Positions 10,235 to 19,020 of a stretch of DNA of 42,932 bases are shown one piece after another (within the stretch, counting starts at the first letter, position 1; each line of letters begins with the position of its first letter). The stretch is from positions 1 through 42,932 of the IMG/VR virus record IMGVR_UViG_3300049228_000074; one strand, 5' to 3'. Source of the stretch: a virus (lineage: Duplodnaviria > Caudoviricetes). The notes below the pieces were generated by a model, which was not told the origin of the DNA, did not search any database, and saw only the letters and a list, made by a program, of their open reading frames with translations. Position numbers and translations under genes: made by a program.

Positions 10235-13216
10235 TTATGCGTTGATCGAAATGTTGACTGAGTACGCCAGGCTTTGCGCGGGCACCTGATACGACCACCA
10301 GGACGAGGTTGACATGGTGGCGCTGAATGCCTGAGATGCGCTGTCGGCCAGACTCATTGCCTCTGAAATGCTGGCATTGACACCCACCCCAACGCCGCCG
10401 TTCTGGCTGGCATTCAAGTTCGCGGCTTCAACCAAAGCGACAAATGCCATCCATGCGCCGCTGGCATTGCTGTCCAGCGCCAGCGCATCGGTCAACGCTG
10501 CGCTCAAGGCGGCTTGGCTGCTTTGTGCATGGGCAAGGCTCAGCGCGTCGGTGGCAGTCACGGCGTACTGGCCGGGTGCCGAGCTGGCTTCAGTGGCACC
10601 AAGGTTCAGGTTGTCCGTGGCGCTGGCCGTGGCTGCGTACTGGGCTGCTTGAGTGTGGGAAAGCGCCATGCCTTCCGAGATTGTTCCGCTCACGGCTGCT
10701 GTGTTGCTGCTGCTGTCTCCTAAACTGGCAGCTTCGGTCTGGCTTGCCGAGAAATTGCCCGCCTGGCTGGCGCTGGCGGTATCGGTCAGAGTCACAGCTT
10801 CGCTGATGGTAGAAATCAGACCAATCATGGCATCTTGCGCAGACGCCAGTGGTAAGGGCTCTGAAACAGCCCCGGCCGGGAACAGGTCGCCATTCGCACG
10901 CATGTTGTCCAGTGCGCGGACGACGGCTTGCGCATTGCCTGCAATTTGAGCATCACTGATTTGGGTGTTATCGCCGCTTTCGTGTGTTACTGCCAGGCGG
11001 GTTCCGAGTCCACGCCAAGTAAACGGCACCATGCCGGTGATGCTGCTTCCTTCGACGCCGATGCTGTATCCCACCTCGGCCTCAAACTGTGTTTTGAACA
11101 GCGCGTGGTACGGGTCTCCCGCGTCCACAAACATGCTCCAGTCATCCAGGTATGTTCCGTGGAAGTCAAACACCCAGTCGAACATGATGCCCGCGCGGTC
11201 GGTGTTCATCACCGCCTTGGGCTTGTCCACAGTTTGCAGGGCACTGCCGGTCTCGTGGAAATGGCGGTTCAGATCATCCGCGCCACCCGTACCCGTCGTC
11301 CAGCTTCCCCGGAAGCTGCCGCCAGCCCGGCCGGGCGCATTCATCATTGGGTAGATCAAGATGCGGTATTGCCGACGCAGGGCCTGCGCTTGCGCGCTTG
11401 AGCCGCACAAGTATTCCACCATCGCAATCAAGTGATAGTTGCCATGGTCTTCACCACCATGCACCCCCGAGAGCACCATCGCCACACGTTTTGCCGTGCC
11501 ATCGGCGGGCATCAGGCTCGTGTCATTGATCTGCGCGGCGTAAAAAGGCGTGATTGGAACCGCGCCTCCCAGGCTGTCGGTTTGCGCAGAAAACTCGTCG
11601 GCAATGAAGGACTGCGCCGCGTAATCTGACACCGATCCTGTGGGCGAATAGGCAACGGCAGCCGGTGTCGGCTCCAGAAAGCTGTAGGTACCGGACAGGC
11701 TGGCCAGCCACGACCCAGCCTTGTGAACGCTGACCTGCCGGCTGCGGCTGATGCGGATTTTGTTTTGAGTAAACGCAGTCGAAAGGCGGAACTCCACCCA
11801 CTGGTTGCCGGTATCAATCGTCGCGGCAGCGTCGAAATAGGTCCAGGTCTCGCCGTCGTCAAGGCTGTACATGGGCCTGCGCGTGCTGGCCCATGGGTAT
11901 CCGTGGAACCCGTTGGTTCCGTTCAGGTAATTCAGGAACCGGAAGGTCGGCCTGAAACCATTGACACCTCCCACCTCAATACTGGGCTCCATCCACTTGG
12001 CCGCGCCAATCGACTCGTTGGTGTGCAACTTCGGTGCGAATGAAAACACAGCGCTGTCACCGGCCCCAACAACCGTAGAGCTGGCTATATTGACGCTGGA
12101 GCGTTCAAATGCGCCACTGATTGTGAGTTGCGATTGCGATGAATTGAGCGACAAGGCATCCGTCGCTGAAACAGCAAAGTTTTGCCCGATGTTCTGGCTA
12201 TCGGCCAGCGACAAGACCTCTGTATTGGAGACGGCAAAGCCAACCACCGCATCTTGTGTATGCCCGAGGCCCAAGGCATCGGTTGCTGTGACGCCAAATG
12301 CCCCCGACACGCTGGCTGATTCCGCCAATGGCAAGGCTTCGCTGTTGCTCTTCGTCAAAGACGCGATGTTGGATGCGCTGTCTGCCAGCGCCAGCGCATC
12401 GGTTTGGTTTCCCGTGAAACTTCCGCCCTCTGCCGCCGTCCTGCGGGTCAACCTGCCCAGCAAGACCTGGTACGCATTCGTGGCCAGCTTAGCGTGCTCG
12501 TCTGCCGTCAGGCCCTGCGTGGGGTGATCAAATATCAGCAAGGGCCCGAGCATGCCGTCCCAGATGCGCGCGCTGTCGGTGGAGCGGTTGCCTAAATCCA
12601 GCGTGAATCCGCCTATTGTCGGGTAGCTTCCTGATCCCGCTGCAAACGCAGTCACAGCCACGGAGACCCCATCAAGGTACATTACTGGAGTAATTCCGGT
12701 CGAGCGCTGGTCGTGCGTTACGCCATCGCACGCCCAAACGCTGGCGGATAATACGGAGGTAGGCGCCCATTGCCAAGCTGCGGCGCCAGCCTTGCTGTAC
12801 ATCATCCCGTTTGTAGCGCTGTTCGGGAACATGCACTCGTCATTGGCTGAGATGCCATTGCTGCCGGCCGGATTGAAAATGCGCCCGAAGCCGCCGCCGC
12901 CTGTCGTGTTGGCGTAGCGATGGCTGACAATGGATCGAAAGCCGGTGCTGTAGGGCACCAACACGCCGGTTGCGATGCGGTCAGTTGTCCCGGTTCCAGA
13001 GGTGGCGCCAAAGCCCTTGGTGATACCGTGTTTGCTGGTGGCGTTCTTTGGTAGACCGACCAGGGAAGAAACACCTGACCATCCGCCGTTCTTTGACCAG
13101 AACAGACCATTGCCAAGCGAAATGAAAACGAGACCCCGGCTGATCCAGTAGGGGCTGACCGGGACAGGCTGCCTCGGCTGCGTCGTCAGTGTGGCGCGGT
13201 GGCGTTTTACTGCCAT
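10235..13216 (-). CDS. Multidomain fibre protein: LamG/ConA-like lectin, 20-aa repeats, M14 zinc carboxypeptidase, 20-aa repeats
   Basis: LamG-like features (MYLDG, LDLGNR, WDGMLGPLLIFD, LTADE); M14 motifs HGGE, YPMMNAPG, DLNRHF, DFHG and a C-terminal Glu (THESG); 5 + 9 repeats. Confidence 0.75.
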   Translation of the reverse strand: MAVKRHRATLTTQPRQPVPVSPYWISRGLVFISLGNGLFWSKNGGWSGVSSLVGLPKNATSKHGITKGFGATSGTGTTDRIATGVLVPYSTGFRSIVSHRYANTTGGGGFGRIFNPAGSNGISANDECMFPNSATNGMMYSKAGAAAWQWAPTSVLSASVWACDGVTHDQRSTGITPVMYLDGVSVAVTAFAAGSGSYPTIGGFTLDLGNRSTDSARIWDGMLGPLLIFDHPTQGLTADEHAKLATNAYQVLLGRLTRRTAAEGGSFTGNQTDALALADSASNIASLTKSNSEALPLAESASVSGAFGVTATDALGLGHTQDAVVGFAVSNTEVLSLADSQNIGQNFAVSATDALSLNSSQSQLTISGAFERSSVNIASSTVVGAGDSAVFSFAPKLHTNESIGAAKWMEPSIEVGGVNGFRPTFRFLNYLNGTNGFHGYPWASTRRPMYSLDDGETWTYFDAAATIDTGNQWVEFRLSTAFTQNKIRISRSRQVSVHKAGSWLASLSGTYSFLEPTPAAVAYSPTGSVSDYAAQSFIADEFSAQTDSLGGAVPITPFYAAQINDTSLMPADGTAKRVAMVLSGVHGGEDHGNYHLIAMVEYLCGSSAQAQALRRQYRILIYPMMNAPGRAGGSFRGSWTTGTGGADDLNRHFHETGSALQTVDKPKAVMNTDRAGIMFDWVFDFHGTYLDDWSMFVDAGDPYHALFKTQFEAEVGYSIGVEGSSITGMVPFTWRGLGTRLAVTHESGDNTQISDAQIAGNAQAVVRALDNMRANGDLFPAGAVSEPLPLASAQDAMIGLISTISEAVTLTDTASASQAGNFSASQTEAASLGDSSSNTAAVSGTISEGMALSHTQAAQYAATASATDNLNLGATEASSAPGQYAVTATDALSLAHAQSSQAALSAALTDALALDSNASGAWMAFVALVEAANLNASQNGGVGVGVNASISEAMSLADSASQAFSATMSTSSWWSYQVPAQSLAYSVNISINA

Positions 13217-13225
13217 GAGAGCGCC

Positions 13226-13714
13226 TTAATAGGTAACTGGCTCGTACCAGCACTGCCCGCCGTTGCTGGCCGTCGCGTTGAGTGCCTGCACCATGTTGTG
13301 AACCACAAACACAACGTACTTCTTTGGCATGGTTTGGAACAATGCGCCAATATCAATTTGGCTGAACTCGTAGACCTTGTTGGCGGTGGCGTCTGTCTCA
13401 AAGTTCGCTGCCAGGCGTCCTGATTGACGCAACACGTTGCGATACGTCACCGTCTCGGCGCTGCTGGTGCCATCAAATACGTCCGGGTAAGTGGTGGAGC
13501 CTGCAATATCCCAAGCCGGAACAACCCACACCTCCAGCACGCCGGACGTAGGTGCGGTGTTATTGGCTTTGAAGCGGCCTGACAACAGGTGTGTGTCCAC
13601 GCTGTTGGTGATGACAGCCGATTCCCAGCCCGCAACCAGCGTGGTGCTGGATGCCAGCGAATCCAGGTCAGTGCTGCCAAAGACGGCAACACCGTTGCTG
13701 TAGGCCATCGTCAT
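13226..13714 (-). CDS. Small beta-sandwich virion protein
   Basis: 162 aa, beta-rich, directly upstream of the lectin fibre gene. Confidence 0.55.
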   Translation of the reverse strand: MTMAYSNGVAVFGSTDLDSLASSTTLVAGWESAVITNSVDTHLLSGRFKANNTAPTSGVLEVWVVPAWDIAGSTTYPDVFDGTSSAETVTYRNVLRQSGRLAANFETDATANKVYEFSQIDIGALFQTMPKKYVVFVVHNMVQALNATASNGGQCWYEPVTY

Positions 13715-13896
13715 TTGGTTTCTCCCAGTATCTCAACCTGATAAGCCGCTACGGCTTTGGATGTCTTTTTCTCGGCTTCGGCCAAAGCGAGTTCGGCGAT
13801 CTTCAGTGCGTCAGGATCACCACGCGCGGCATTTCGGGCATCGCGCGAGCGCTCTTCGGCCCGTGATGCTTCTCGAACGTCGCGCGCAGCGTCCAT
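13711..13896 (-). CDS. Small charged helical hypothetical protein
   Basis: 61 aa; ATGA overlap with the downstream gene. Confidence 0.5.
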   Translation of the reverse strand: MDAARDVREASRAEERSRDARNAARGDPDALKIAELALAEAEKKTSKAVAAYQVEILGETK

Positions 13897-13898
13897 GC

Positions 13899-14648
13899 TT
13901 AAGCTGTCGCGGTATAGGTCACGGTAAGCGTGTTGGTGTTCACCACCGCCTGGTCGCCGCCGGTGAACAGGCCTGCGGAGTACAAAACGCCTGCGGTGTT
14001 GTCAATGGTGCTGACTGCGCCCGTGCCGTACACCAAAAACACGCCCTTGGCGGTACCGGTGCCGGTGATGGCAAAGACTGGAGCCGCCGATGGTGACTTG
14101 GACTTGGCCGATGCAGCCGACCATGCAATGGTCTTGCGCGGCCCAGTGTAAGTGGGCGCGTTGGTGGTGCCCGCCTCGGTCCATGTGCCGTGTGAGGCCA
14201 TGGTGTCGCCAATCACTGGAACGCCGGTGTAGCTCACGGCACCGATCAAGCCCATGAAGGGCCCAACGACGCTGTAACTCGATCCGGCCAGAATTGTGTC
14301 CAGCGCCAAGTTCGCGCCAACCGTAGTCACAACGTTTGGCGCATCTTGTGCCCATTTCACTTCGGTGAGCGAATGCATGAACCGCTCGAAATCTTCCAGT
14401 TCCTTTGTCAGCTTTGCCAGCAAGGGCCTGGCAAACGTGGGTGTCCAGCGAATCAGCTTGTCGCGCTGGGCGCGCATGGCCAGCAGGCGCGGGTACTCTT
14501 TCAAGTATTCCGCCTCGTGGATGGCCCGGTAGCCCCGGCAAATGCCGTGGTAAATGCCCGTCAGGCCCAAGCGGGCAGAAGATTCGGCGGTATTGGAGAC
14601 GCTGCCATTGGCGTTGTCGCCAGTTTTGAGTGCTTCAAACATGCTCAT
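13899..14648 (-). CDS. Fibre-subunit-like virion protein
   Basis: KW...NVVTTVG.N..LD...GS.Y and RKTIAWSAAS...GVLYSAGLF...TLTVTYT patterns common in phage structural clusters. Confidence 0.6.
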   Translation of the reverse strand: MSMFEALKTGDNANGSVSNTAESSARLGLTGIYHGICRGYRAIHEAEYLKEYPRLLAMRAQRDKLIRWTPTFARPLLAKLTKELEDFERFMHSLTEVKWAQDAPNVVTTVGANLALDTILAGSSYSVVGPFMGLIGAVSYTGVPVIGDTMASHGTWTEAGTTNAPTYTGPRKTIAWSAASAKSKSPSAAPVFAITGTGTAKGVFLVYGTGAVSTIDNTAGVLYSAGLFTGGDQAVVNTNTLTVTYTATA

Positions 14649-14830
14649 ACTCCTTGGATTTCGTTTTCGTTGAACCAGCGGGTTTGGGGTTGACCATCAC
14701 CATCGGTGTCCGGCGACTCCACCTGGTACTGGAACGTCTCGCTGTCCTCAAGGAAGCGTTTTTCGATGACAGTCCCAGTGATGGGTGCCGGGAGAATTTG
14801 GCGAACGGTGTCGCCCTTCTTGATTGCCAT
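14645..14830 (-). CDS. Small SH3-like hypothetical protein
   Basis: 61 aa from ATG 14830 (SD AAGGA): KKGDTVRQ...GTV...YQVE...RWF; first gene after P3. Confidence 0.55.
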   Translation of the reverse strand: MAIKKGDTVRQILPAPITGTVIEKRFLEDSETFQYQVESPDTDGDGQPQTRWFNENEIQGV

Positions 14831-14867
14831 GATATTTGTCCTTGGTGAGTGAACTTCTGAAGGTTTG

Positions 14868-14910
14868 AGGATGCCTTTGCAAGAGCCGCGTGGCAAACCC
14901 TAGTGGGGGG
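14868..14910 (-). promoter_or_regulatory. Late promoter P3
   Basis: CCCCCCACTAGGGT-TTGCCA-17 bp-CATCCT. Confidence 0.75.
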
Positions 14911-14913
14911 TTG

Positions 14914-15585
14914 TCACCAGGCTTTGTTGAACATCGGCCTGTTTTGCGAAAAGCTGCGGCGCAAATCTGCATCGGGCCGGATGCCGAAATACTGGGTGAA
15001 CGCATACAGGGCCAGCTCGGCACGTTTCGGGTCATGAATCTCGGCATCGGGCCTGCTGTAGCAGCGGTGCAGCGCCCACTGAACAAGGTGGCGGTGGTGC
15101 ACCTGCGCGATCTCTGGCGTGGCAGGGTCTGCGGCCATTGCGGCAAGCGGAAGGCGGTAACACTCAATGCTCAGGCTACCGTCACCATTGGGTGTGCACC
15201 CAAGCCGAATGCTGGTATCGTTTTGAATCAGCTCTTGAGGAACATCGGTGGTAGTGCGCCAGTCTGGTCGCAGGCGGTCTTGCTCGATCCTGTCACGCAA
15301 AATCAAGTTGATCGGAGTTGTGCTGCCGGTCGGCGTGAAGTCGGCGCGTGTGATGTCCAGCACCTTGCTGTGCAGGGCATAAACGCTGGTTCCGGCCACG
15401 ATGGGAATAACGCAAATGTCCGGGTCGGTTGATTCGTGGATCAACTGGGCACGGATGGCAGCCTCTTCCTGGGCTTCGTTCAGCCAGAGCGTGATGCTGT
15501 CGTTCGACGAGAGGTTCCCCGCCTGCAGATCATCTGAGTCTGTGCGGAACTGGGCGATAAGCTGCTCAAGCGTCATCGCGATCAA
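14914..15585 (-). CDS. Head-tail adaptor protein
   Basis: MTLEQLIAQFR...WLNEAQEEAAIRA...PEI...H..LV.WAL.R.Y...D pattern; located downstream of the capsid genes. Confidence 0.7.
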   Translation of the reverse strand: MIAMTLEQLIAQFRTDSDDLQAGNLSSNDSITLWLNEAQEEAAIRAQLIHESTDPDICVIPIVAGTSVYALHSKVLDITRADFTPTGSTTPINLILRDRIEQDRLRPDWRTTTDVPQELIQNDTSIRLGCTPNGDGSLSIECYRLPLAAMAADPATPEIAQVHHRHLVQWALHRCYSRPDAEIHDPKRAELALYAFTQYFGIRPDADLRRSFSQNRPMFNKAW

Positions 15586-15977
15586 GCCCCGTACTGATCA
15601 ACCAACTGGGTGACGCGTGTACGCATGTCGGCCACGCTGAGGTTCTTGTTCAATTTGATGCGGTACTGGGTATTGGCCATTTCAGTCAGGGCGGACTTGC
15701 CCATGTTGGCGATGGTGTCCCGCACGCCTTGCGTCTTCTCGTCAGGCGTTTCTTTCTTCTTAACGGGCTGGGGTTCTGGCAACTGGCCCTCGATGGCTTC
15801 GCCCAAGGCGTAAACATCAATGTGTTTGAGCATCTTGACTGCGGCAGCGCTGGGGACAAGCTTGGTGTCGCCCTGATCCCACGAGATGTTTGTGCCGTAA
15901 ATGCTGTCGTTGATCGAAGCGCGCTTGCCTATGTACTTGATCGGCGTGAAGCCAGTCACTTGGGCGTTGTTTTTCAT
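15582..15977 (-). CDS. Hypothetical protein (head module)
   Basis: About 131 aa, coupled to the adaptor gene. Confidence 0.55.
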   Translation of the reverse strand: MKNNAQVTGFTPIKYIGKRASINDSIYGTNISWDQGDTKLVPSAAAVKMLKHIDVYALGEAIEGQLPEPQPVKKKETPDEKTQGVRDTIANMGKSALTEMANTQYRIKLNKNLSVADMRTRVTQLVDQYGA

Positions 15978-16000
15978 CGTCAATGTCCTTAAAATTGTGG

Positions 16001-16026
16001 AAAGAAGAAAGAGCCCGAAGACTCTT
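16001..16026 (-). terminator. Intrinsic terminator after the capsid/decoration genes
   Basis: Minus strand AAGAGTC-TTCG-GGCTCTT hairpin followed by a T-rich tail. Confidence 0.7.
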
Positions 16027-16041
16027 TCAAGGGGCCTGCAT

Positions 16042-16521
16042 TTATGGCGCGCCGATCAACACGCCTTCGATAAAGATGTCGGCAATGCCAACAGCCGCAT
16101 TGGCCGCGCCGCCGGTGGTCAGGATCAGGTAGGCATCCTTGGGCAGCGTGACGGGCGCATTGGTAGTTGCATTGCGCAGGCGCGCAACGGCACTCAGGGC
16201 CAGGGCGGCACCGAAGTAGGTTGCGCTTTGTGGAACTGTGGTGCTGTCCACACCGTCAATGTACTCAAAGCCAAGGTTGGCCGTGACAGTTGCGCTGAAA
16301 GCATCCGACACGATCACTTGGGAGTCGTCAAAGCGGAAACCGGCCGGCAGCACGCCAAGGCGAACCTTGTCGCCCGAGGCAATGCCGGTGGACACGTCCG
16401 AATCGGTGAATGCACCGACCGCGTTGGTGGTCAGGTTGAACTCCAAACTTGTCCGGTTTCCGTAAGGGGTACCGCCGAACTGTTTCTGGTTCAGCACTTT
16501 CTTTTTGGTGATGGTTGCCAT
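16042..16521 (-). CDS. Capsid decoration/cement protein
   Basis: 159-aa beta-rich protein directly after the MCP, with GDKVRLGVLPAG motif. Confidence 0.65.
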   Translation of the reverse strand: MATITKKKVLNQKQFGGTPYGNRTSLEFNLTTNAVGAFTDSDVSTGIASGDKVRLGVLPAGFRFDDSQVIVSDAFSATVTANLGFEYIDGVDSTTVPQSATYFGAALALSAVARLRNATTNAPVTLPKDAYLILTTGGAANAAVGIADIFIEGVLIGAP

Positions 16522-16554
16522 GATGGGCTCCTAAAAATGGTTTGAAATGTGAGT

Positions 16555-16578
16555 GAAGGGGCCTTGATTGGCCCCTTC
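16555..16578 (-). other. Perfect 9-bp hairpin after the MCP stop (mRNA stabiliser or partial terminator)
   Basis: GAAGGGGCC-AATCAA-GGCCCCTTC with no immediate U-tract. Confidence 0.5.
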
Positions 16579-16584
16579 GATTCA

Positions 16585-17865
16585 TCAGGCAGCCAGACGG
16601 ACTGCCGTGTCGATGGCGATGACGCCGTAGTCGGTGAACTGCTTGGCGTCACCGTGGTCGATTTCAAAGCGAACTTTGGAGCGGCCATTGATCATGCCCA
16701 ACAGGATTTCCAGCTTGTCGCCGTGGTCCAGTTCCTTCTCCGAGAAGAAGTAAGGCATGCCGGTCTTGTTGTGCTTGCCCCAGGCTTCGGCCAGCGCCTG
16801 GCCGCCAAGCAACAAGGCGCGGTCCACTGCGAAGGTCGTTCCGAATGCGGCGGGAACCAGGTCAGTTGACGTTTCGGTCTCGCTGGTGGTGCTGGCGCAC
16901 CAGCGCAGGCTGTCCCCGGCGTAGAACCGGATGGGCTTTGGCATCTTCACAATCAGGATGCCGTTCCACAGACCGGCTTCGCCCATGAACAAGGGGTTGT
17001 TGCCGGCCTGCTGGGCGCGCGCCATCGCGTTTGCTTGCAGGGTGCGGAAATTGCCTGAGTTCGATTGCAGGAAGCTGGTGTACTGCTCACTGGAAACCAA
17101 CATCACACGCAGCGGTGCGTCGTTGGCCATCTTGTCGCCTTCAAAGATGACTGGAGGCGGTGGCACTGGCATGGAATCCAGCGTGGTGCGGACGGCATCA
17201 ACCAGGTCGGCATTGAACAGGTCGGTTGTGGCGATGGTGATTTCGTTGGCGGCCGCGACGATCTTCTCAATGCCCGAGCCGGTGGACATGTAGTGACGGT
17301 TCCGGGTAGGCGCCTTCACGGGGTTGATCATGATGGATGCAAAGTCAGCATCGCTGGCCTTGGGCACTGCCCACTCGATGTTGTCGTGGAAGCCACGGGC
17401 ACCAGCCATATGAACCAGAATCTGCTGGTCGTTCAAGCGGTTCATGTAGCTCTCGCCCAATGCTCGGGCCAACGGTCGCAGCTCGTGCACGGTGCGCTGC
17501 TGGCTCATGGTGTCGCCAGCCGAGATCGGAAAACGCGCCTGGTTGATGCGCAGGCGGTCTTGGCTGAAAGACATCGAGCGACCCAAACCTTCGGCGTTGT
17601 TTGAGCCCATGATGGGTTTGCCGCCCATCGGATTGATCAGGTCGAATGTGATCTCTTCGCCCGCCATCTTGGTCAGGTCCATGCAACGCACAATGGGCAT
17701 TTCGCTGGATGACTGCTTGCGGATGGTGGATTCAGCGGCGGCCTGCTGGGGCAGCTTGCCGGTGAGACGGTTCAAGGTAGTGTTGCGCTGCATGTTCGCA
17801 GCGAAGAGTCCAGCGGACTGGATTTTGATAGCCTGGGGGCTACCCACGGGAAGATTGGTTGGCAT
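16585..17865 (-). CDS. Major capsid protein (N4-gp56/DUF4043-like)
   Basis: 426 aa; DL.K.AG..ITFDL, QQRT.HELR..AR, NPLF.GE.GLWNGIL, RALLLGGQAL..AWG, DYGVIAIDTAV; position after scaffold. Confidence 0.85.
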   Translation of the reverse strand: MPTNLPVGSPQAIKIQSAGLFAANMQRNTTLNRLTGKLPQQAAAESTIRKQSSSEMPIVRCMDLTKMAGEEITFDLINPMGGKPIMGSNNAEGLGRSMSFSQDRLRINQARFPISAGDTMSQQRTVHELRPLARALGESYMNRLNDQQILVHMAGARGFHDNIEWAVPKASDADFASIMINPVKAPTRNRHYMSTGSGIEKIVAAANEITIATTDLFNADLVDAVRTTLDSMPVPPPPVIFEGDKMANDAPLRVMLVSSEQYTSFLQSNSGNFRTLQANAMARAQQAGNNPLFMGEAGLWNGILIVKMPKPIRFYAGDSLRWCASTTSETETSTDLVPAAFGTTFAVDRALLLGGQALAEAWGKHNKTGMPYFFSEKELDHGDKLEILLGMINGRSKVRFEIDHGDAKQFTDYGVIAIDTAVRLAA

Positions 17866-17925
17866 AACAGTTTTCCTTCAAAGAGACCGGCCTCGCCATC
17901 CCGGCGATGCCAATTACAAAAACGG

Positions 17926-18897
17926 TCACAAAGACCGGGCTAACAGGGCGTTGATCTGCTCGGGCGTTTTGTTCTCGAACATCGTCATCAACCCCGCTTC
18001 TGACATTTCCTGGATTGCCTCGGCTGGGTCATGGGCCGCTGTGGAGCCGGATGGAATCTCCGTCAGGCTCGTTGGCGGCTTGGACTGCGCCTTGTCAATT
18101 GCTGCTTTCGCAGCGGCTACCACGTCCGGTTTCCCGGCGCCGGTTGCTGCAGGTATTCCCGTTGACTGCTTGTAGGTGTCCAGCAATTCGATGACCTGGG
18201 GCGCTGTGCCCTCTTGAATGACGGCCTTGTAGCTGTCACGGACAAAACTGGGTTGTTTAGCAATCCAGTCGGTCATTTCCTTGCTCTCGACCACTGCCTC
18301 AAAGTCGGAATGCGATTCTTCAATGGCTGAAAAGTGTTTTTCCGTCTCGGTGAGTGCCCGCTCCTTCTGGATTGGCTCCAGGGCGCCGGAAAACTTCGAT
18401 TCCAGATCGGCGGTGGCGGCCTTAACCCGCATGTCCACCAGCTTTTCAACCCCTGCGCGTATCGCTTCGTCCGAGTAGTCGCCAAAATCAACCTCTTCCG
18501 TGCCAGCCACTGGGGCCGGTGCGGTAGCCTTTTCTCCGGCGGCGGTTTTGGCCTTAAATGTCGCCAATTCGGCGGCATGGGCCTCGACTTGAGCCATGAG
18601 ATCGGCGGCGGTATTTTTCCAGCGCTGCCCGTCTTGCCGTGCTTCTTCCAGTTTTTCAAAGGGGATGGTGTGAACACCGTCCTTTGCCAGAATGACCGGC
18701 TGCTTTTCAGCGGCTGGCTCCTGTGCTGGGTCAACTTTTGCCACTTCGGCTGCTGGTTTCGCTTCGAGTGTGGTGTCGGGCTCACCACTTTCCCCTTTCG
18801 GGGTATCGCCCTCTGGCAGACCAAGCATGTGCGAGGTTTGCGCTTCTGTCAGTTCACCATCCGCCTGGTTGGCCAGGAAATACTCTGCTTGATTCAT
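17926..18897 (-). CDS. Scaffolding protein
   Basis: 323-aa acidic helical protein between portal and MCP; AKDGVHTIPFEKL motif. Confidence 0.75.
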   Translation of the reverse strand: MNQAEYFLANQADGELTEAQTSHMLGLPEGDTPKGESGEPDTTLEAKPAAEVAKVDPAQEPAAEKQPVILAKDGVHTIPFEKLEEARQDGQRWKNTAADLMAQVEAHAAELATFKAKTAAGEKATAPAPVAGTEEVDFGDYSDEAIRAGVEKLVDMRVKAATADLESKFSGALEPIQKERALTETEKHFSAIEESHSDFEAVVESKEMTDWIAKQPSFVRDSYKAVIQEGTAPQVIELLDTYKQSTGIPAATGAGKPDVVAAAKAAIDKAQSKPPTSLTEIPSGSTAAHDPAEAIQEMSEAGLMTMFENKTPEQINALLARSL

Positions 18898-19020
18898 TCG
18901 TCAATCCCTTGTCACATATCGCCGTGACCGCGTGAAGGGTTTGCTCTTACGAGTCGGGGGCCGAAACCCCCTTCTCTCCGTCTCGTGGGAAATGCGCCGT
19001 TTCACAACGGTGCGGAACGA

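Noticed and set aside
7576-13216. Diversity-generating retroelement acting on the fibre genes
   Set aside because: No reverse transcriptase in the window and no near-identical TR/VR pair differing at adenines; the repeats are degenerate protein-level repeats
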